Assembly (NCBI GenBank): GCA_040882355.1
Contig: JBBEBM010000035.1
Span: 1 to 64,000 of the forward strand
Length of the DNA stretch: 64,000 nucleotides
Reading direction: 5' to 3'
DNA from: Dehalococcoidia bacterium
GTDB lineage: Bacteria; Chloroflexota; Dehalococcoidia; DSTF01; RBG-16-68-14
Position numbers and translations under genes: made by a program. Shown here one piece after another: positions 58,834-64,000 of this stretch. The notes below the pieces were generated by a model. It saw only the letters and a list, made by a program, of their open reading frames with translations, did not search any database and was not told the origin of the DNA. The first letter of the stretch is position 1. Every line of letters begins with the position of its first letter.

Positions 58834-59592
58834 CTACCCGCGCGCGTTGATCGCGACTTTCCGAGAATCCCCCTCACCTACACTCGTTGTGACCACGGTC
58901 GGGTCCTCCGCCAGCGCGAGATGAACGATGCGCCGCTCGTTAGGCGGCATCGGCTCCAGCGTGACGGACCGCCCGGTCTCCCGGACTCGCTCCGCCATCC
59001 GGACGGCGAGCGCATGCAGGGACTCCTCGCGCCGCCGGCGATAGCCCTCCACATCGACGGCAAAGGGAGCGTTGCCCCGGAACCTGCGGCTCACGATCAC
59101 GTTCATCAGATACTGGAGCGATGCCAGCGTGCTCCCTCGACGGCCGATCAGCACGCCAAGGTCGTCTCCCGTTACGTCCAGCACGGCCTTTGAGAGGCCC
59201 AGGCCGTCTCCGGGTGTCTCCGGCGCTCGCACCTCCACCACGGCATCGATGCTCATCAGGCTCAGCATCGTCTCGAGCGTCTCCTTCGCGAAGTCGACGT
59301 CGTCGCCCTCGCTGGTTTCCGCGACGGTGCCGCCTCGTTCCTCCCCACCCGCAGCCCGCGACAGCGGCGCGACACGCACTCTGGCTGCCTCTCCACCGAT
59401 GCCGAACAGCCCGCCCTTTCCTTCCCTCATGACCTCGATGGTCACTTGGTGCCGCTCCAGGCCGAGCTCGGCCAGGCCGTTCTCCACCGCTTCGTCCACC
59501 GTCTTCCCGGTAGACTCGACCGGCTGCTGTTCGCTAGCGCCTCCGTTGCCTTCCACGACGCCGTCTCCTTCTCCGTCGTTGGGCCTCTCCAA
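58834..59592 (-). CDS. jag: Jag/EloR RNA-binding protein (Jag_N-KH-R3H)
   Basis: GKTVDEAV, LIGRRGSTL and ERRIVH motifs; start uncertain, overlaps the yidC 3' end. Confidence 0.92.
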   Translation of the reverse strand: MERPNDGEGDGVVEGNGGASEQQPVESTGKTVDEAVENGLAELGLERHQVTIEVMREGKGGLFGIGGEAARVRVAPLSRAAGGEERGGTVAETSEGDDVDFAKETLETMLSLMSIDAVVEVRAPETPGDGLGLSKAVLDVTGDDLGVLIGRRGSTLASLQYLMNVIVSRRFRGNAPFAVDVEGYRRRREESLHALAVRMAERVRETGRSVTLEPMPPNERRIVHLALAEDPTVVTTSVGEGDSRKVAINARG

Positions 59593-60433
59593 CTACTGGG
59601 GACGCCTCTCCTTCATCATCCTCCTCATCGGAGGTATCCTCGTTCGCCTGGTTCCCTCCCGCCTGCTTCGCCGCGGGCACCGGTGCCGGCGTGGGGTTCA
59701 CCGAAAATATCTGCCGCCAATCCATCCGCCGGCCCATATAGAAGTATTGCATCGTGATGCCGACCACGTTCGTCGCGACCCAGTATAGCGCCAGACCGCT
59801 CGGGAACTGCAGCGTCAGGAATGCGAACATGAAAGGAAACATGAGCTGAGTCATGTTGTTGATCTGCTGTTGCTGCGGGTCCACCGCCGTGGTCGGTGTG
59901 GTCATCTTCTGCTGCACCCACATCGACAGCCCCACGAGCAGCGGCATGATGAAGGCGTCGGGCTGGCTCAAGTCCAGCCACAGGAACTGATTCTCCAGCG
60001 GCACCGCTGTCCTCAGATACGCCCACGGGTACAGTCGCTGCGAAAGGTCGAGCAGTCGCTCCGGCGTCGAGCTCAGCGTGAACTGGATGCTCTGGTAAAG
60101 CGCGATCCAGATCGGGAACTGCACCAGCATCGGCCAGACACAGCCCATCGGGCTGAAGCCCACCTCGCGGTAGACCTTCATCGTCTCTTCCGAGCGCCGC
60201 TTTGGGTCCTTGTACTTCTTCTGGATCTCCTGAATGCGCGGCTGGGCGGTCTGCATCGCCCTTGTCGTGCGCAACTGTTGCCGCGTAAGCGGCCATGTCG
60301 CGGCCCGCATCACAAGCGTAAAGACGATGATCGCGATGCCGAAGTTGCCCCAAAAGATGCGGCTGATCAGCACCAAGCCGTTCGTCAGGGGAATCACCAA
60401 CAGATGGGCGAACAGCCAGAAGACCAAGTCCAT
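59534..60433 (-). CDS. yidC: membrane protein insertase YidC (short form, Arg-rich tail)
   Basis: FGIAIIVFT, GC.PMLVQFPIWIALY and FPSGLALYW motifs. Confidence 0.93.
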   Translation of the reverse strand: MDLVFWLFAHLLVIPLTNGLVLISRIFWGNFGIAIIVFTLVMRAATWPLTRQQLRTTRAMQTAQPRIQEIQKKYKDPKRRSEETMKVYREVGFSPMGCVWPMLVQFPIWIALYQSIQFTLSSTPERLLDLSQRLYPWAYLRTAVPLENQFLWLDLSQPDAFIMPLLVGLSMWVQQKMTTPTTAVDPQQQQINNMTQLMFPFMFAFLTLQFPSGLALYWVATNVVGITMQYFYMGRRMDWRQIFSVNPTPAPVPAAKQAGGNQANEDTSDEEDDEGEASPVVGEAQRRRRRRRRGRQRRR

Positions 60434-60440
60434 TTCGAAT

Positions 60441-61586
60441 CTAGCCCTTCAGCGGCTTTCGCTGAATCTCCGTCAGCGTGGACGGATCGATGCGCACCAG
60501 ATCGCCTCCTACCGTGACGACAACGACCTCCGGGCCGTCCTCGCCTTCGACAACCAGCGGGTCGGCCAGCACGTCCGAGCCCAGCTCGAGCGATCCACCG
60601 CTCGACGAGCCGTCTTCTGGATCAATGCCGTATACCTCACCATCACGGCTGATTACGATCAGCCGCCCACCCACAAGCGCCGGTCCCGCTCGCACTTCAC
60701 CACCAACGCTGAACGGGTCCTCCCAGTGCGACTGGCCCGTGGCGGCATCCGCGGCGTAGACCTTGTGGTCCAGGCTTCCAGCGTAGACAACACCACCCGC
60801 GACAAGCGGTGTCGTCCAGAACCAGTTCTTGGCCTCGATCGCCCACTGCTCCTGGTGCGAATCGAGGTCGATAGCTCGGAGCCGACTATCGAAGCCACCC
60901 ACGTACACCAGGCCGGTCGCCTGATTCACGATGGGCGCCGACGCCAGACCCGCCTCGGTCGTGAACGACCAGCGCTCTTCACCGCTCGACGCGTCCAACG
61001 CATAGAGCTTGCTGTCCAGCGAGGTGACGTAGAGCATATCGCCGTCCAGCGCCGGCGTCGATTGAACGGCTCCGCCGGTCTCGAACGGCTTGGCCCACAT
61101 CTCGCTTCCGCCGGGGTTCAGCGCATAGACGTGGCCGTCAGAGGAGCCAAAGTAGATCCCAGCCTCATCGGCGATTACGCCGCCGATGATCGGCCCGTCC
61201 GTCTCGAATAACCACAGCACCTCTCCAGTCTCGTGATCGAGCGCATAGAGCGTGCCATCGTAACCCGGTACATAGATCGCGTCGTCGGTGATCGCAGGAG
61301 TGCCGTACAGGGCTATCGGGTCGACGTCCTCGCTATCTTCGCCAATCGAGCCAGGAAACGACCATCGCTCATCGAGACTGCCCGCCTCGAAGGCGATCAG
61401 GTTCTCGCGATGCGCCACCAGCAGAGTATCGCCCTCCTCGACTGGGGAGGCCCAGCCTTTGGGGCCGGTGACGCCCGTACAACCGGCGGCGAGCAAACTT
61501 CCGACGACGAACACAAGGGCAAAAGAGAGCGCCCCGCGCCCAATGCGCGGGGTCGATGTTTCACGTGAAACACGCTCAGGGAACAG
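60441..61586 (-). CDS. PQQ-like beta-propeller lipoprotein (BamB-like repeats), probable CTG start
   Basis: LAAGC lipobox; repeated LYALD..TG...W.F. GGAGG lies 8 nt before CTG 61586 (alternative start GTG 61628). Confidence 0.82.
   Translation of the reverse strand: MFPERVSRETSTPRIGRGALSFALVFVVGSLLAAGCTGVTGPKGWASPVEEGDTLLVAHRENLIAFEAGSLDERWSFPGSIGEDSEDVDPIALYGTPAITDDAIYVPGYDGTLYALDHETGEVLWLFETDGPIIGGVIADEAGIYFGSSDGHVYALNPGGSEMWAKPFETGGAVQSTPALDGDMLYVTSLDSKLYALDASSGEERWSFTTEAGLASAPIVNQATGLVYVGGFDSRLRAIDLDSHQEQWAIEAKNWFWTTPLVAGGVVYAGSLDHKVYAADAATGQSHWEDPFSVGGEVRAGPALVGGRLIVISRDGEVYGIDPEDGSSSGGSLELGSDVLADPLVVEGEDGPEVVVVTVGGDLVRIDPSTLTEIQRKPLKG
61557..61572. promoter_or_regulatory. parS site
   Basis: Perfect palindrome TGTTTCACGTGAAACA, ~3.6 kb from parA. 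Confidence 0.92.
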
Positions 61587-61785
61587 GATCGTACCCTCCC
61601 GCGTGGAACGGACGGCAGCGAAACACACGTCGAAGCGTCATCCAACCGCCCCGAAGCGCTCCGTAGCGCTCGATCGCCTCGTACCCATACCTCGAGCAGC
61701 TCGGCTCGAACCGGCAGGCTGGCGGCATGCTGGGCGCGACCGCGGCCTGATAGACGCGAATCGCTGTTAGCGCAAGCGTCTTCAC
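61576..61785 (-). CDS. yidD: membrane protein insertion efficiency factor YidD
   Basis: [10 protein letters not shown]...RCRPF..GGYDPVP. Confidence 0.95.
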   Translation of the reverse strand: MKTLALTAIRVYQAAVAPSMPPACRFEPSCSRYGYEAIERYGALRGGWMTLRRVFRCRPFHAGGYDPVP

Positions 61786-62132
61786 TTCGTCGATGCCTCT
61801 CCCTGCTCCAACAGCCCGGCTCGAGCCATGAGTCCGCTCAAGGTCTCACGCAATCTCCAGTAATCGGCTTCCGCCGCGCCCAGCCGGGCGTTCACCACCA
61901 GGTCCCAGCCCGGAGCTACCGGCAGCGACCGGGCAGCCTCGCGCAGGCGCCGTTTGATCCGGTTTCGCGTCACCGCCTTGCCCAGCGCCCGCCCGACCGC
62001 GAACCCGAACCTGCTATATGCGCCACCTGTTCGCAACACGCGCAGTCCCAGCAAGTCGCTTCGATAGGGCCGTCCGCGCCGATACACCGCGCCAAACTCG
62101 CGCCGATGGCGAAGTCGCTGCGCTCGCCGCAT
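61782..62132 (-). CDS. rnpA: ribonuclease P protein component
   Basis: [24 protein letters not shown] 62132. Confidence 0.93.
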   Translation of the reverse strand: MRRAQRLRHRREFGAVYRRGRPYRSDLLGLRVLRTGGAYSRFGFAVGRALGKAVTRNRIKRRLREAARSLPVAPGWDLVVNARLGAAEADYWRLRETLSGLMARAGLLEQGEASTK

Positions 62133-62164
62133 GCCAACACATCGGAGCGCGCGGCCCGGCCGGA

Positions 62165-62302
62165 CTACACGCTGAGCCGCTTCCGGCCTTTCAGTCGCCG
62201 CGCTCGAAGCACGTTTCGACCGCCTGGCGTGGCCATGCGGGCCCGAAAGCCGTGGGTTCGTTTTCGTGGAATGCGTTTCGGCTGATAAGTGCGCTTCGGC
62301 AC
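62165..62302 (-). CDS. rpmH: 50S ribosomal protein L34
   Basis: Manual translation [48 protein letters not shown] start with RBS GGAGG. Confidence 0.96.
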   Translation of the reverse strand: MPKRTYQPKRIPRKRTHGFRARMATPGGRNVLRARRLKGRKRLSV

Positions 62303-62389
62303 ACTGCCTCCGTTCGTCCTTCAAGAATCGTCTCAGTATAGAGGGCGGTCTCGGGTGGGTCAATCGATTCGGACCGCGCGTCGCCTGCC

Positions 62390-62902
62390 TCAGCGAGAGG
62401 AAGGAGCTCCCTGTACCAGCCCTTCCCGCACCCGCCGCGCTTGCCACAGGTGTTCCAGGTCGTGTTCGTTCTGTTCCCGCGCAAGCTGCGTGATGCTCAC
62501 CACGCCCCGGTACGGGTCGCTCCCTGTGCGCTCCCAGTCATCGCCTTCAAGGCTCCAGAGTAGGCTGACGGTTCGATGCCGCAGATACTCGAAGCGTTCC
62601 ATCGCCTCATACAGGTCGATCTCGCCATAGTCCTGCTCGAGAAGCAGCATGTCCGCGTCGAACGCCGGCAACTGCGGGTTATCGCCGTCCACGATCCGCT
62701 CCAGACACTCCAGAAGATGCTCCTCGCAGTCTCGTAGGTGGCCGGCGATCTCCTTCAGCGAAAGCTCGTCTTCCGAAGGCCTCCGTCGAACGTCGTCCTC
62801 ATCCAACCCCCAGAGCTGCGATTCCAGCTCGTGCGCGGCTTCGCGCAGCGCCTTCAGCACCCACCGGGTCTCCTCGTATTCAGGGGCCGGTCGAGACATC
62901 AT
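62390..62902 (-). CDS. DinB family protein
   Basis: SLKEIAGHLRD and HDLEHLWQ motifs. Confidence 0.85.
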   Translation of the reverse strand: MMSRPAPEYEETRWVLKALREAAHELESQLWGLDEDDVRRRPSEDELSLKEIAGHLRDCEEHLLECLERIVDGDNPQLPAFDADMLLLEQDYGEIDLYEAMERFEYLRHRTVSLLWSLEGDDWERTGSDPYRGVVSITQLAREQNEHDLEHLWQARRVREGLVQGAPSSR

Positions 62903-62966
62903 GGGAGATCAGGGCCTATTGTAACAGATACCCTTCCGATGCGAAGCGCCGCGCTATGATGCGTCC

Positions 62967-63578
62967 ATGACCGGCTTTGAAGATCTCTGCGCCCGCGTTC
63001 GCCAGTGCTTCACCTGCGCGAGCATGACCCACGTCCACATCCTCGGCGCCGTCAACGGGCCGCTCGACGCCGACATCATGTTCATTGCCGAGGCCCCCGG
63101 CCGTCTGGGCGCCGTTCGCACCGGCGTGCCCATGACCTCCGACGTGACAGGGCGGCGCTTCCATGCCTTCCTTGCCGATGCCGGCATCGCGCCAGGCCGA
63201 GTCTTCGTCACGAATACCGTTCTCTGCCACCCCCGGACTGCCAACGGCAACAACCGTCGACCCAGCGTACGCGAAGTCGTCGCCTGCAACGACTTCCTGG
63301 CCGCGCAGCTCGAGCTTGTCGCGGCGCCCTTCATCGTCGCGCTCGGAGGCCTCGCTCTCGACGCAATCCGGCGCATTTCCCCGCACGAGGCCGTACTATC
63401 GCGCGACGTTGGCTCCGCCATTCCCTGGATCGCCGGCCCTGGCCGCGACCGCCTACTGGTCCCTCTCTATCACCCCAGCATCCAGTCGACGCTGACTCGC
63501 CCCCACGAGGCCCAACGTCGAGACTGGCGACGCCTCGGCGAGCTCGCCCGAGCCGTCCTCTCGCCGACCGCACGTTAG
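62967..63578 (+). CDS. uracil-DNA glycosylase superfamily protein
   Basis: AEAPG, TNTVLC.P...NRRP and LYHPS motifs. Confidence 0.88.
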   Translation: MTGFEDLCARVRQCFTCASMTHVHILGAVNGPLDADIMFIAEAPGRLGAVRTGVPMTSDVTGRRFHAFLADAGIAPGRVFVTNTVLCHPRTANGNNRRPSVREVVACNDFLAAQLELVAAPFIVALGGLALDAIRRISPHEAVLSRDVGSAIPWIAGPGRDRLLVPLYHPSIQSTLTRPHEAQRRDWRRLGELARAVLSPTAR

Positions 63579-63626
63579 TTCTCCTCCGTTTGCGCCGCCC
63601 TTCACAACCGCCTACGATGACCTCGC

Positions 63627-64000
63627 ATGAACATCGATGCCCTGCCTCAGACGCTGCTCCTCATCCTGGCCGAGTTCAGCGTCGGCAGCCTGATCGCCGT
63701 CCTCATCGCCGATGCCCGCGCCATGGTGCCCTCCAGCTTCGTGAAGCTCTCGGCCGTCATCATCGTGGCCGGGGCCGCGCTGGCGTTACTCGTGGCATTC
63801 AGCGTCAATGGGGTCGAAATAGCAGGCTACAACCTCGCCGACGGCCTGCTCGGTCCAATCCAGGCTGTCCTCGTCGCATTTGCCACCATCGTCATGGTCT
63901 ACGCCTGGCTCGTTCTCTCTAATTCTCGTGACCTCTCGCTCCGCATCGGCGTCATCGGAGCCGCCGCTGGCCTCGTCGCGTTGGGCTTGCTTGCCTACCA
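63627..64000 (+). CDS. multi-pass membrane protein (partial)
   Basis: Open frame MNIDALPQTLLLILAEFSVG... with several hydrophobic segments up to the window end. Confidence 0.7.
   Translation, partial: MNIDALPQTLLLILAEFSVGSLIAVLIADARAMVPSSFVKLSAVIIVAGAALALLVAFSVNGVEIAGYNLADGLLGPIQAVLVAFATIVMVYAWLVLSNSRDLSLRIGVIGAAAGLVALGLLAY

Overview
High-GC bacterial chromosomal segment. It is most likely Chloroflexota, probably Dehalococcoidia-like; this is an inference from the CSLREA/choice-of-anchor proteins, the alpha/beta-hydrolase-adenylate cyclase fusion and an RCC1 protein with a 'flexitail'-like tail. Core genes: rpsT, tRNA-Met(CAT), purA, groES-groEL with a perfect CIRCE, tRNA-Val(TAC), and rpmH-rnpA-yidD-(PQQ propeller)-yidC-jag-pfkB-parA-parB with a perfect parS site. 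Other content: an NHEJ locus (ku, 5'-3' exonuclease, ligD), a VapBC-type toxin-antitoxin pair, many hydrolases, and coxE and coxD separated by a ~6 kb accessory block. The strongest leads are: (1) small GIY-YIG nuclease genes bounded by inverted 27-nt hairpin repeats that show compensatory base changes and supply the stop codon, a candidate REP-plus-GIY-YIG mobile system; (2) five tandem CSLREA/LPxTG surface-protein paralogues that share a module with a sixth LPxTG protein; (3) a PQQ beta-propeller lipoprotein inserted between yidD and a minimal yidC; (4) an exact 95-bp duplication of the ku 3' end around a gene fragment. No CRISPR array, rRNA, integrase or transposase was recognised. All calls come from reading the sequence; no database searches were run.
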